Positions 1 through 14,409 of a stretch of 64,000 nt of DNA are shown piece after piece. The translations under genes were made by a program, and so were the position numbers. The stretch comes from Fimicolochytrium jonesii. Its lineage: Eukaryota. The stretch is taken from the NCBI RefSeq assembly GCF_025526975.1, contig NW_026515668.1, positions 744,001-808,000 of the forward strand, written 5' to 3'. The notes beneath the pieces are model-generated. The model did no database searches and was not told the DNA's origin. It saw only the letters and a list, made by a program, of their open reading frames with translations. How positions within the stretch are numbered: the stretch's first letter is position 1; the number at the start of each line of letters is the position of its first letter.

Positions 1-978
1 CGGCGACGAATGTGGGGACGACGCCGACCCGCGCGCATTCTGGCCGCGTGTTCAAACTTGCGTTTGACGAGACGCGGATCGTTAGTTGTAGTCAGGACCA
101 GGTATGATTCTGAACAGGAAACGAGTGGAATTTGGCTGCAGAAAAGCATCACTGACGTCTGTGTGTGTTCTGAAACCGAACAGACCATCATCGTCTGGGA
201 CTTTGCCAAGGGCGTTGATTCGCGATACTTTGTCTAGGACGGTCTGCGAACGCTTTCAACGAGCACCCCGATACCCCGAATATCATCCCACCATCCCACT
301 CAAGTCGACGATCTCATCGATGTTCGTCCCGTTCGCAGCGCGTACGCCCAACTTTGCTCAAAAGCTCTTGCACAACTCCGCTTTTGGATGTCCGGCGGCG
401 TTTATACCCCTCTTTGCGTCCCTGACACCATACCCGACTCCCAGCAACGGACAAGGGACACCGTGTCGTCGAATAGAAGCTCATATACCCACCCCATCAT
501 ACCCCATCAGGACACCAGCTCCGCGCATCCTCTCCCCTCACTCCCAAGAAAAGACAATTTGGCTTTCCTTAATGAGCGCGGCCCGGCACATCTCAACAAA
601 CACGCTTTCTGCCAGTCATCGCGTCGGACCGCATCCACTTCAGCGGTTTTCAGTGTACCGCCGGCATGTTACGAACCCTTTTTGTCTATGGTGTATACCA
701 CCTATAAAAGTTTTTGTGTTTTTTTTGTTCCTTCCCCCCGTGTAAATACACTCAAGTTTTTGGTTTCCCTTCCTACCGCATTCTTTGCATTTACTGGCCT
801 CCAGCAGGGGAGGGCTTCGGCAGTCAAAGTCGGAATGCAACCCAGAATGCAGGACATGAGAACACGGTCCACGCGATTGCGCCATGGCCCTCTTGTCCCT
901 CGGTGGCCGATATCTCCCGCGCAACTCACAGTTCCCCAAGCAGAAGCACTTCGCACACAACATCCACCACGACGAACC

Positions 979-1341
979 ATGTCCGCCAAAACCTTCACCC
1001 TCGAGCAAGTCGCCGAGCACAAGTCAGACTCGTCGGCCTGGGTCATCGTCAAGGGCAAGGTCTACGACGTCACGTCTTTCTTGGATGACCATCCAGGTGG
1101 CAAGAAGGTCCTCTTGAAGGTGAGTGTGTAAGGAAGCGGGGGGCGCCGACCCTTTCTGGGGTGACGGACGGATACGTGTACTGTACATTGATGGTCATAT
1201 GTGCTTACGGTTTTAATGGGTCAATAGAACTGCGGAAAGGACGCGACGAAGCAGTTTGAGCAGTTCCATTCCGACAAGGTTTTGGACAAATATGGGCCCA
1301 AGCTATATATCGGTGATGTGAAGACTGCCGCCAAGCTGTAG
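979..1341 (+). CDS. Small soluble cytochrome b5 (heme-binding domain), 2 exons, C-terminal AKL
   Basis: Exon 979-1119 encodes [14 protein letters not shown]...[19 protein letters not shown] intron 1120-1227. Exon 2 encodes [15 protein letters not shown]...TAAKL*. About 84 aa, with no membrane anchor. Confidence 0.9.
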
Positions 1342-1933
1342 ATACAGATACGAAGCGCTGCTTTGCATCGAGATGAGCTGGATGGGAGTGCAGGACTAGA
1401 TATTCCGGTTCGCCCACTGCACGATGGTCCGCCTGGACACCTGGGACTGACTTGAATGGAGGAGGAAAGCGAGCGGCGCTCGCTATGGGACCTGATGCGA
1501 GCGGAGGACTGTGTTCCGTAAGGCAGTGTCAGACGACACTTACAACCGCCTCCATGTCGTCGGCACTATAGAAGCTATTTCTGTCGTTACACTCGACACC
1601 ATCCCATATCCTTTGATTTCTTAATGTGATATCCTTGGGCAGGAAAAATATCATTTGACAAACGACGTAGGAATTGGAAGCTGTAGAAATCGGGAATCCA
1701 TCCCATCAAACCTGGCGATAATGGAAGATGCCACGTTGCTGTCCTTCCGGCTTCTCTGTATTGGGTAGCTAGCTAGTATGTCCTGTGCTATTGCGTATAT
1801 AGCTGTTGGAGTGTCTTCCCAGTCTCCCAGTGTCTTCCCAGTGTCTTCTGTGTACTGTATGTATATGTATTTGTCAGCTGCTGCCGTCACGGTGAGCCAA
1901 ATGCGCGGAAACGCGTCAACATTGAGATGCTGA

Positions 1934-3426
<1,493 letters not shown>

Positions 3427-4108
3427 TGGTGCTTCTCAGGAGGCCCGGCCATTGCGGTACGGCGTAGGAGGAAATTTAGCTCACGTTTGCGTGGGGGGTG
3501 GCTCATGGGATGGGTAAAGCGTGAGATAGGGATGAACTGCGTCTCCAGCAAGGAGTTGGGGAAGAAGTGTTGATCCCGCTGACGCCCCTCCCAGTCTAGC
3601 TTCAGTTTAGTTATCCCCCTCTCTTTTATGTATTCGATACTGTATCCAATAAGGGAAGATGCCACGTTGCTTGCCTCTCCAAGACTCTCATCCCATTCTA
3701 TCGTACTGCATCCCGCTGTCTACATCCACCTGTTCTGTTCTGGTTTGCTGGTGTGTCTCCCAGCGGTAAGCATCCAACGCGAATGGCGAATGCAGGCCTC
3801 AAATTGCAACGCGTGGAAACGTGAAATTATCGTCACGAAAGCCGCTGTTATCTGGGCGCTCTTTCCACTTTCCCACCACCGCTTGTCCTCATATGCCTTC
3901 GTAGGCTTGAACTGGGTGTGCTTCGTGAGACAGCCGTTCACCACCAGGTGCCAAGAAAAGCTCCTCCCCTCTCCCGCAAGCAACTGTACAAACGGTCTCG
4001 GTTGGGTGTCGGTGCCACCTTCGTTGCATTTCATACTTTCGTCGAATGGCATCCCTCCAGTGACCCACCTCTTTTCAAGAGAACGGAACGGCGGCAACAG
4101 TAACAGTG

Positions 4109-6994
4109 ATGGATATCAACTCGATAATCGCGGCGTTGCCGCAGCCGCTGTCTAGTGAGGACTTGCGTATGGTGAGTCAAAGGTGCCCATGTCCGTTGTC
4201 TTTGTCGGGACTGTCAGGACGCCATTGGGTGGTTTCCTTGACCGGGTGCGACTGCTCACTCACGCTTTACAATCATAGGTTCTGTCCATTGCGGAAGAGC
4301 ATCGGAAGGCAAAAGAGGCAGAGCAGAAGTCAAAGGAGCTGGAGCTTGCTATACTGCAGCAAGGACGCACTCACATTTGCGAGGAGGGGTTGCCTTCGTT
4401 GGGCGACATACCACAACCGCAGCCGCTACAGCAGCAGCTCAATTTACCACAAAACCAGCAACAGCAGCATACCGAACAACAGTCGCCATTTGAGGGTTTG
4501 CAGCCAGTGCAGGCTGCAGCGGCTCCACCGCGGCATCACCACTCAGTGCCCGTCCACTCAAATCCATTCCAACATGTGCCCCAACTACCGCACTCCGAGA
4601 GCTTCCCGCGCTTTTCGCCCCCCTTCTCAAACGACCCGCTCATATTCCCCAACCCCCTCGGATCTTCATCTCAGCATATCCCCCCCTTTGCAACACCACC
4701 GGCGTTGAATGATTTCGTCCTCAACAACCCCTCGCCGAGGAGTCTGTCGTTCCAGCAGGATCAGCCGGTGGCGGACTTCATGCAGGACTTCTCGACGGAC
4801 CTCGATGGGGAAACGGCGCACTTTTATTCGGATTTGGCGTTCCTACCGATGTTGTTTGAGAATCTCCCGGAAGCGCCGGCAACTGCGTCTTCTTTCAACA
4901 CTGGTGTCTCGCAGACAGTGCAAAATGGGTTGAACGCGGCCTCTCTTCCGTCCGTTCCCGCAGAGACCGATTTGGCACAGCCACAGCCACAGCAACGACA
5001 GCAGCGCCAGCATTTCTCCGTCGGAAGCTCGTCGTCAGTCGGCTCTCCAGAGACTGTGACAACAACTTCGCCACCCTCCGTCCCGGGCACGAACCAAAAC
5101 CTCCCCCCCAAGCGCGTTGACCGCCGCGGGGCATACCCACAAACAGGGGCTCGCGCACCCAAAAAGAGGGAAGTAGCCCAAGAAGACGGCACATGTCGAT
5201 CATGCGGCGAATCCTTCGTCCAGCTCTTCTTGCACGGCACAACCGCCCAACTCGCCTCCGAATACCTCCTCGACCTCGAATGCCCTTCCTGCGCGCCCAA
5301 AATCAACGTCAACACAGTCGTCAGCGGCCACGCCAACAAACGCCCCAAACGATCCTCCCGCAAACGTCCCGCCGCGATGGCTAACCATCGCAAACACGCT
5401 ATCTTCGAATGTAATGTGTGCAGACGACCGGGAGGCTGTGGGGGCATCAACGCGGATGTGGATGGCACGAGCGAGGCGGGGTGGATGGATCCGGAGTTTG
5501 CGGTGGAGTATGTGTGTAATACGTGTAATGTGAAGTATGCGTTGTGTTCGGAGTGTGGGGCTGGCGGGGGAAAGTTTCGGACGGGAAAGGTATGTTTTCG
5601 GTGACATAGCGGTTCTCTTTTCGATCGTTGAGAGTACTAACCGTGAACATCCATAAACAGTGGCGACCCGTGGAACTCTTCGGCCAATCCCGCGCCACCT
5701 GCTCCCTGAACCACTTCCGCTTCGCCGGCCTCGATACCCAAGTCGCCGTCTACCTCGTCGGAGGCGAAGCTGCCGACTTTGAGCATCTACCCCACGGCTG
5801 GCGCACCCCCGACGCGCCACTCTCTTCTCTCTGCCCCGAATTCTTGCAAGCCATCAAACAATGCGCATCGGACGGCATCCTTGATGGTGAAGCCCTGCCG
5901 AAGGTCATGGAAGCCGTCGATCCGCCATGGAGTTGGGAGAAATTGAGCACCCTCGTGGAGGATCTGACCTGCAGGATCAATATGGCTGTGAGCGGCGGGG
6001 CGGCGTACCGCGGTAAAATCCCGAGTCAGACGGATACGGATAAGCGGTTCATTCGCACGTACCTCGGCGTGCGTTATGTTACGCCACGGCATATCCGGCA
6101 GCAGATGCGGGCGCAGGGGAAGAAAGGCAGCGCGAACGGGGAGGTGGTGTTGAGTGGGAATGGGTTGGAGCCTACACCGCCACAGGAGGAGGTTTTTGCG
6201 AACCCGTCGTACCCGGCGCCCAAGGTAGTGACGTATTCATTTCTGCAGTGGCATATGCGGCATGGGACTGTGCTTGCTACAAGCGGGTTGGGTAAGGATA
6301 TTTCCCTTTTGTGTTTTGTGGTTAGCGGGGAAAACTGACGGGTTCCTTTTTCCCGGCAACAGGTCGAGCAACATCCAAACCAGCAGGCCGCTCACCTATG
6401 GGCGAAATCATCCGCCGCATCGCCGACGACCAGGAATACATGACCCGCGCCGCCGCAACCCACCCCCGCACCTCCCTCCACCCCTCCCTCTCCGACGTCA
6501 CCCCCCCACTCCCCGCACATCCCCCCCGCCCCAAATGGATGCGCTTCACCAACTGGTCCTCAGGCGCGACCGGCGCCGCCGACCCAACTCAATCCACCAC
6601 CTTCGACAAAACCCAAGAACCCGGCGTCCCCAGCACAACCCCCTTCGAAGACGACGGCATGCGCCCATACCGTCTCGTCGGGTTCCGCACCCTCCCCGAG
6701 ATCCCCGAGTGCGGGTGGTCGGTGAACGACGATAGATGGACGCCGGGTGTGCATCCGGCTGCGTGGGCGCATTGTAGGGTGACCACGTGGGTGGCGCCGT
6801 TTGAGGAGGCGTTGAGGGGGTTCACGGTGTGGGGGAATCGGACGGTGCCGACGGGGGCGGCGTTGACGGCGGCGTTGGTGAAGGGGGGGTTGGTCGGGGG
6901 GGATGTGGTCATAGGCGCGGCGGGGCCGGGGAAAGGGAGGAAACGGGGGAGTGTGGATGAGGAGGATGAGGAGGAGGATGAGGAGGACTCATGA
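4109..6994 (+). CDS. Uncharacterised multi-exon protein with a Q/P-rich N-terminus and a Cys-rich (multiple CxxC) putative Zn-binding domain
   Basis: ORFs 4390-5604, 5628-6338 and 6398-6994 are joinable by GT-AG introns. Motifs CRSC, CPSC, CNVC, CNTC, CSECGAGGGKFRTGK|WRP and TCSLNH. Acidic C-terminal tail. Exon boundaries approximate. Confidence 0.7.
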
Positions 6995-7766
6995 CTTTTG
7001 CAATCCGAACGAATGGAGGCAAATCGTAAGTCAACGCCCTGGACAGCAGATCCGGTGTTCAAAGCCCCCGGACACCCTTTCACTCTAAAGTTGATGGATT
7101 CTTGAGGTGGACGGCCGGTGAGGGACGGACCATTGACCGTCGTCCCATCTCGTTTACCTAGAATAGGTAGAAGTTTAATGTATCTGAGGAGATATCTGCC
7201 CCGGAGACGTCTACAGTAGAAGCAAAGCGTACAGCAGTCGAGGGTGTGGTATGCGTTGTCGGTACATGTGCAGTTTCGGGCGTATGTAGTGTGTAGTCGT
7301 TGCTGGGTTTCCTCGGCTTCCCTCTCTCTCTTTGTGGTGGACGTGAACGGTCATTTTGTGTACCTCTCTCGCAACACCTCTTTTGGGAACAGTTCTGAGA
7401 CAATGGTCGACACACAAACTGATGAGGTATCAAAGCATAATCGACCAGGCCATTCGAGCAAGCAAGGTAGGCACCATTTTACACATTCCAAAAAAGAGAA
7501 CACAGAATAGGATTACACAGGGGGTATTAGTGGATTAGATGGAAGGGAGACGGGAAGGAAAGGCGGCCCAAAAAAGAACAGTCGTAAAGGTAGGAGAGAC
7601 ACGTCTGAGGTTTGAGAGATACTGTAGGCGGTAGCGCATGCAGGCGAGGGTGGCAGCCGTGTGTCGAGAGATGGTGGGAAGCAGTCCCCTGCTCGACAAG
7701 GAATTTCCCCGGCTGGCGGTCTGATTGCGCCCCGCTCGATCCATCGCGTCGTCCTCCCCACATTCA

Positions 7767-8737
7767 TCACTGGGCGAGACCGGTCGGTGACGAAGCGGCA
7801 GCAGCCGGACTATGTATCCCCACGACCCCACCGGGCCCAGCACCCGGTGCCCCAGCCCTATTCTCATTCGTCAACGTCTTGATCAGCTCCTCCAGCGGGG
7901 CCAGCTCCTTCTTATCGATCAGCGCAAACTCCTGCACAAAAAACACAAAGTGCTTAAACGACGTATTCAGGTGCGCCTCCTCGCCCAGCGCGACGATCTT
8001 TGGGAAATGCGCGTGGTAGATATGCGCGTAAACTCTGAACAACCGCTTGAAGATATTTTTGACAATGCCCGGGAACGACTTCGGGAACGGCACGCCGATT
8101 TTGGAAGGAAAGATGGCTTCGTCGTCGAGTTGCGCTTGGACCCAGGTCATCAGGTAGTCGACGTATTCGGGCGCCGAGACTTTAACGGGTTTTTTGAACT
8201 GGACGCCGTCGCACCAGTGGTATTCGTATTTGGGGCCCGCGGACATGACGGGGCATTCGGAGGGGGTGCAGAATTCGGTGATTGTGCCGTAGAGCATGTT
8301 GATCTGGTTGAAAAAGTCAACGGTGTTGACTGCTAGCCACTCGTTCATGTCTTCGCCTTCCGGAAGGGAGACGGCGAGCCGAAGGTTACCGGAGCCGAGG
8401 GTTGCCTCTGCATATTTTTTGAGTTGATATTGTTTGGTGCCTTCGGGGATGTTCCGTTTTGGCTTGAACGTTTTGTTCTGTAAGACGTGAAGGACAGGGT
8501 TAGTGAAAATAACACATGGGGCGATTCTTTTGCGACGCACGGGGAGGACCGCTTTATCGCACCGCCGACCCCGTTCTTCTCGGGCTTTCCCAAGCGCTGA
8601 TAAAGTGCTCGATGCGCACCGGACATCCCAATGCTCCCCGGAAAGCCCTCAGTTTGACGCGCGATTGAGCACATTCGCGCGCCAAGCAGCCAGCTACACA
8701 GTCGGGTACATACCCCTTTTAACCCGAAGAAGCTCAT
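7767..8737 (-). CDS. MOB1: MOB kinase activator MOB1
   Basis: Short first exon MSFFGLKG, then KTFKPKRNIPEG, ATLGSGNLRLAVSLPEGEDMNEWLAVNTVDFFNQINMLYG and KRLFRVYAHIYH. Confidence 0.96.
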
Positions 8738-9407
8738 GGCGAACGGCGAGTGGAGGAGAGCGAGGTTGAATTTGCGAAGGGGTGGGAGTTACGGTCTTCC
8801 GAAGTGACTTATGCAGTGTGCAGGGAAGGCTGGTGAACTTTCAATTCCCCATTACGGCACACGAGACGGGACTGATCCAAGTGGAACGCGTGATGTTTAT
8901 CTCACAGGTCACGTGCGCAGACTGCCCTGTGAACATGCAACATGGGCAGAAGGGCTTTCCCAGACGAAATTTGGATTTTGCGGTGAAATCTGTGGGCTTT
9001 CATTGGAGTAGCAGCCGACACAAATAACAATTTTACCATGAATGTCAGTTGCGCCGATGGCCATTCCAATAATAAACGTCGAATATGCCTCTTTGCGAAG
9101 ATATTACAGTGTGCAATCGCAGTTTCATACACTTGACCAAGGCGCACGATGAATGTGTGCAAACAGAAAAATGCTAAGCTAATAACGACACGGCCAGCAC
9201 CACTTCAAACGTGCGGGACGGGGCGTTCGTTCGAGGTCGTGTGGTTCGGAGATTGGTTCCGCAACAAAACCGGCCGCTCTAGCACATTTCAAGAAATAAT
9301 AGATGATGTGGTCGAACCATCGCTGGTCGAGTGATATCGGTCGCTCGATCGACCGCGCGAAATCGAGCATCACGTCGTACTTGTCGTCCGGCGGCGGGGT
9401 AATTAGC

Positions 9408-10653
9408 TCAAGCGTACTCCGGACTTCCGAGCTCGCGCATTCTGTCCGCGAAGCACGCGCGTAGCCCCTCGTCCTCTAGCTCTTCCGCTTCGGTAGACAC
9501 GGTAAAGAAGCTTGCTGGATAGATGGCAAACGAGTCGAACGCCTCCACGTTTGCCCCATCCCAATCAAGGATCGCAGTTATATGACCACTCTCGGGATCA
9601 ACCATCACGTTTCCACTGTGCATGTCCGGATGGCAAATGAAACAAAGGCCACGGTGGGCGGTCGGACGTGCAGCACCTATGCGTAGAACAAGGTGCGACA
9701 CTATGGCGAGATTCTGCAGGATACTGCGTCGGACGGCGCCTGGTAGTGTGGCTCAGTACGATTGACAGCGCCTGAACTTGGTTATATGCGTACTCCTCCC
9801 AGTGTAAGTAGGGGCCCACATTGACGGCATGTGCACCTGCCAGTCTGATCGCTTGATCGTGTACGTCAGAAAATAGTGCCCCGACGTAATATTCGCCGTT
9901 CGGGGACAGGCGCAGGCCCCGGAGCTTCCGAAAGGGTTTTGCAAGGATCCGCATTTGCAAGTCTGCGAAATCGAGCAGTATTCTTTCCTTTAATTCGACT
10001 GGCGCACCCGGCCAAACAGCGTGCAACGGCTTGCCAGTTGTTTTCGCAAAGATGGCCGCATGTGGTGGTAGGTCGTGTGACGGAACGGGTCGTTCCCACC
10101 GAGGCCATATCAGCAGTGGTGCGGGAATTCCTACGGCCTCACAAAATCCGCTGGTAGCCGCGCAGCTGTTAAGCTGAGCTTTCCGTGATTTCTGAGCCCG
10201 TGCGGTATCTCGAATGGGAATCCGCACCGCCAGCGGTATGCCGTACCTGTCGGAGCCCTCGGTACGGCATTCGATTACAAGGCGGTAGCCTCCGCAACCC
10301 AGAACTCGGGTCAAGACCACGTCCGTTCCTGGTATGGCGCGGAGACTCCGTCGGAACCGCCGTCGCTTGAAACAGCCGAGGTGGGTGCGCAGAGCCGCCT
10401 TTAAAACAAGGAGTTCTTCTTCTTCTTTGCTTCCCTCTTCGCCTGCTTTGCGGCTTCCTTCTGCTCCCGGGAGGCTTGATGTTGCTGCCCCTTGACACAA
10501 GTCGGGCACTCCTCCGTTTTCAGGTGCGCCATGGAGTGCTCCAGGCATACTTTTTGATGATCGGGACAAAAGCGTTGGCCTGATATAGTCCGCGGTGTCT
10601 TTTGGCAAACAGGACAATGATGAACTAACCTTCCGACCCGAAGGAGGTGTCAT
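9408..10653 (-). pseudogene. APH/phosphotransferase (protein-kinase-like) family gene split over two frames
   Basis: ORF 9598-10653 has the Gly loop LGCGGYRLV. Overlapping ORF 9408-9701 has HPDMHSGNVMVD...ILDWD. No convincing intron joins them, so this is a frameshift near 9.7 kb or an assembly error. Confidence 0.65.
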
Positions 10654-10719
10654 ACCCGGTGACTCTGGTACGCAACTCCAGTGGTCTATGGCTGCAAAGC
10701 AGACAGAGTCCTAGGGCGA

Positions 10720-12420
10720 ATCGATGAAATTTCTCGAAAGCCCCAACACGAGAAAACTTCGAAAGAACTCCGTTATACGTTCGAAAATGGATTAGTACGA
10801 CACGAAGGATGTTTATACGTTCCTGAGGATATTCGCCCGAAGATTTTACGGAAATTCCATGACGAACTCGCCACCGGAGAACATCTCGGTGTTAAGAAGA
10901 CTCTCGCGAGAATTCTTACGGACTATTACTGGCCTACCGTACGCTCCGACGTCATCAAATACGTTGGAACTTGCAAAGCCTGTCGACAATTCAAACCTGG
11001 CCATCGTCGATACGGATTTCTTCGACCTCTTCCTATACCTTTTGGAAGATGGCACACGATCGATTTCGACATTTTCGAAGTAGATGAAACAAACTCTTGT
11101 CTCGTCTGCATTGATTACCTTTCCGGACGTGTGATTCTAACACCTATCAAGAAGACAATCACCGGACGCGAACTAGCCTGTGATGTGGACTACCTTCCAC
11201 ACGGGTTGTATAACTGATGTTCGTATACAATAACTACTTTGCTGTAAGGTATTGTAGACGGACTGGGTGTTTGTCGGCTCTGCTATGTGATATCTAGTAG
11301 AAGAACTACTTGTTGTGCATAGGAACGCGCGACGAGCACTGTTAAAGTACCATGTCGGAGTCCACTGGAGAACACTCTCAAAACGCATCATAGCCCAGGA
11401 AATACCTGTATGTGCCCATCACATACAGGTATTTTTCCCCAAGGCCTGTCTAACAGACGCAACGTGTCGTTCTCCAATAAGACCGGACACTCCACATTAC
11501 ATAGCCCAAGTCTTCTTAGAGCAGTATGGAAACATGTCGGTACGCCAAAAGTCTTCGTTACGGATCGTGAACCTTGCGCACTTTCCGATTTCTTCCTCGC
11601 ATTCGATATTCTCCTCGGTGTAAAACAAGAATTCGCTACGGCTCGTCATCAGCAAACCGATGACAAAGTTGAGCCAGCCATCCAAACCCTGAAAAGGATT
11701 TGGAAGCAATATCTCAACTACGACAAAAGCAATTGGAAGAAACTATTGCCTTTAATTGAATTCGCATACAATACCGCTCCGAGGGAGGAATATGAAGGTT
11801 TATTGCCATTTGAGGTAGATCTTGGACGCTCTCCAATCCTCCCGGGTTGGAATCCAACACTTGAAGGACAAGAACTCAAACTTCGAGCTGCGGATCAAAA
11901 CGAAATCGAACTCTTCAAGAAAGGGCAGGAAGACATCGCCCACATTGTACGCGAAAAGCTTCAGAGATCGCAAAATCAATTTGCACGTCAACGCGACAAA
12001 GGTCGAACGCCAATCGCATACAAAATTGGCGATCTCGTTGATCTGAATTGACAAGGAATCAACCTAGAAGTAGACGCTCGAAGAGGACTTTGATACTCAG
12101 CTATGTGGATCGGACCATTCAAAATCATCGCACTGGGAGCACATCCCGATACCTACGAACTCAATTTATCACCATTGAAGATCAGCGGCATCTTGCCCGT
12201 CTTTCACATCGATATTTTATGATCACATCACGAAGAGCAATATCCGCTACGTGCAGTTCCACAACCTCCTCCACCAATCAAAGAACGCGGACAACCTGAA
12301 TGGGTTGTAGAAGATATCATCGACGAGTGACGCGCCATACGAAATCTTCTAGTCAAATGGCTCGGTTATCCTGACCCTACCTGGGAACCCAAATCCGCAC
12401 TTTGCTACACGCCTGTCTAC
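10720..12420 (+). mobile_element. Degenerate Ty3/Gypsy integrase plus chromodomain remnant, 5'-truncated
   Basis: HHCC zinc finger (FHDELATGEHLG...CKAC), core TIDFD...VTDREP...HQQTD.KVE, GPF motif, and chromodomain PEWVVEDIIDE*...LLVKWLGYPDPTWEP. Contains stops and frameshifts. Confidence 0.9.
11179..11501. mobile_element. 323-bp solo LTR (or MITE-like insertion) nested in the integrase
   Basis: Termini TGTGATGTGGA...TCCACATTACA form an imperfect inverted repeat. A perfect 5-bp TSD TAGCC lies at 11174-11178 and 11502-11506. Excision rejoins GRELA|QVF. Confidence 0.85.
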
Positions 12421-12705
12421 AAACCATGGCGAAGAACTCATCCACAATCTTTGTGGATACGGAGACGAACAGCATAGAGCATCTCATATCACGTCACACG
12501 CGCGACGCCGCAAGAACCGCTCACTATCAATCACACCGATGACAATAGGGACGTAAACTACATCACATCACGCGCGGCGACGCAAGAACCGACCTTACAC
12601 ACACATATCATACACAACGTCAGCTTAGGGACGCCTTTGCCTCAAACACACACATCACACAGTGCGTCAACACTATAAAATGAACATGTTGTAGGCCGAG
12701 CAGAG

Positions 12706-13794
12706 CTACCGAGGGGCTCTATCGACCTTGGAAAAAACTCGAAGATTGATTTGTAGCAGTATTCGTAGTATTCCGGAGCTGACGGCGTCATCAAGAATTT
12801 CCGTAATGCGTGACCCAGCATCAACCTGATTGGCTGAACCTTGTTGTTGATTAGGTTGGCAACTGCGCTGCGGAATTTGAGCGCCACGACCGCGCTGCCA
12901 AAAACCGCCGCGTCGGTTCTGGGTTTGCGAGCCTTGCTGTTGATTTTCGGGATTTGACCAGCATTCATCTCTCCAATGTCCCATTTTGTTACAAAGGGGA
13001 CAAGGAGTCGTTGGACGTTGACGAGGAACGTGAGGAGTTTGCCATTGTCCACGTCGACGAAAGGGCTGTTGACGTTGGTAGGGAACTTGACCTGTGGTGG
13101 GACGACTCACTCCAGGGGGGTAGTATGACGTACCGAGAGCATTGAGCCCAAAGGTCATATCATCTAAGTCTTGCTTGAATTCCGTAATTCGAGGGTTGGT
13201 GCAAGGTGCAAATCGTCCGCCACGACCACCGCCACGACTACCTCGACCGCGACTGGCTCCACGGCCGCCAGGAGCACTTGTTGCCGAGGCAATCGGACGA
13301 GGTGTATTGGCGTGGTTGCCGTCAGTGAACCCATGAGCCACTTGAGAACGACGAGCTGCAGTGATAGCTTGATCGAGAGTGATAGGGGTGTTGATGTTGG
13401 TAGTGCTCGAGACTTCGAAGTTCGTAACGGCTTCAGTGAGATAATGACTGATTACCGTATTCTTGAGAAGACCGGCCTTGAAGTATCGAATTTGATTGAT
13501 AAGGGGAATGGTGCCTTGAGTGTTATCAAGATGATGAGCGGCTTCGAGCTCATTATTGGTGTCTTGAAACTCCTTGATATATTTTTCAAGAGAGTCACCG
13601 AGCTTGAGGCCGGAGAGCTTGAGCTCAATAGTATTACGCAAGTTGCAAGGATAAAAGTGAGCGACAAGAGCCGTTTCGAAAGCTGCCCAATTTGCGGGAG
13701 GTCCAGCGGCGTAAGTCGTATTGTACCACTCGAGAGCAGTACCCTTGAGATAGGTGGTGAGCGTAGGGGCGTACTCTGCCATAGTAAAGGCTAT
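12706..13794 (-). mobile_element. Truncated retrotransposon Gag (capsid plus CCHC zinc knuckle), cut at its 5' end by the LTR at 13795
   Basis: YLKGTALEWY...WAAFETALVAHF capsid motif, RGG-rich linker and CPLCNKMGHWRDEC knuckle. Opposite orientation to the neighbouring integrase remnant. Confidence 0.88.
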
Positions 13795-14340
13795 TGTTAT
13801 GGACGACGCGCCCATACCATAAGCTTACCTACTGACAGCCGCCAATGTCAACCGCCAAATGTCAAACGCCAATGTCAATGTCAATGTCAGTGTCAATGTC
13901 AGTGTCAATGTCAATGTCAATGTCAATGCCACTCCCCCTCTCTCCTCTCATTTTCGCCAATCCTCCCACAATATCGCCACTCCTCCTCTCTCCTCTCATT
14001 TCGCCAATCCCCCCTCGGCTTCTCCACACCCCCCACTACTTCCCCATAGCCAGCAGCTGTAGCAATGCTGTCTACGCTCGCCACGCACGCTCTAGGAGCA
14101 TAGCTGGCGCCCCCCCAGTCCCCTCTTGTTGTTGTTGTTCTCTGATCTGCTGGGTTGCCTATCTATAAATAGACGGCCTCTCTTCGTCCATTCCCTTCCT
14201 CCCCAGCAGATCAACACCAGTTCTTCTCATCTCCTGTTCTAGTCCATGTTTCTTGTTTCGCCAATACAATCTCTTGTCGCCTATCACTCTCGCCCTGACT
14301 TCTCTACTTCGCTTCCGCCTCCGTCGTCGAGATCATAACA
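13795..14340 (+). repeat. 5' LTR (546 bp) with internal (CAATGT/CAGTGT)n microsatellite and TATA box
   Basis: Runs TGTTATGGAC...GATCATAACA, with TATAAATA at 14164. Near-identical to 19308-19872 and, inverted, to 24182-24727. Confidence 0.97.
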
Positions 14341-14409
14341 GTTTGATCTGCTCCAACACTGCGAAGTTCAGAACCCGTCCAGCCCTGCATCCGACAAACC
14401 TTTTTCGCC

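Noticed and set aside
104..978. Long ORFs upstream of cytochrome b5 (104-745, 388-1131 extension)
   Set aside because: No recognisable domains. They are probably promoter/5' UTR sequence, and b5 homology starts at ATG 979.
13845..14168. ORFs with CQCQ/MSMS/NVNV repeats (also 19359-19700 and 24461-24766)
   Set aside because: They are translations of the hexamer microsatellite inside the LTRs.
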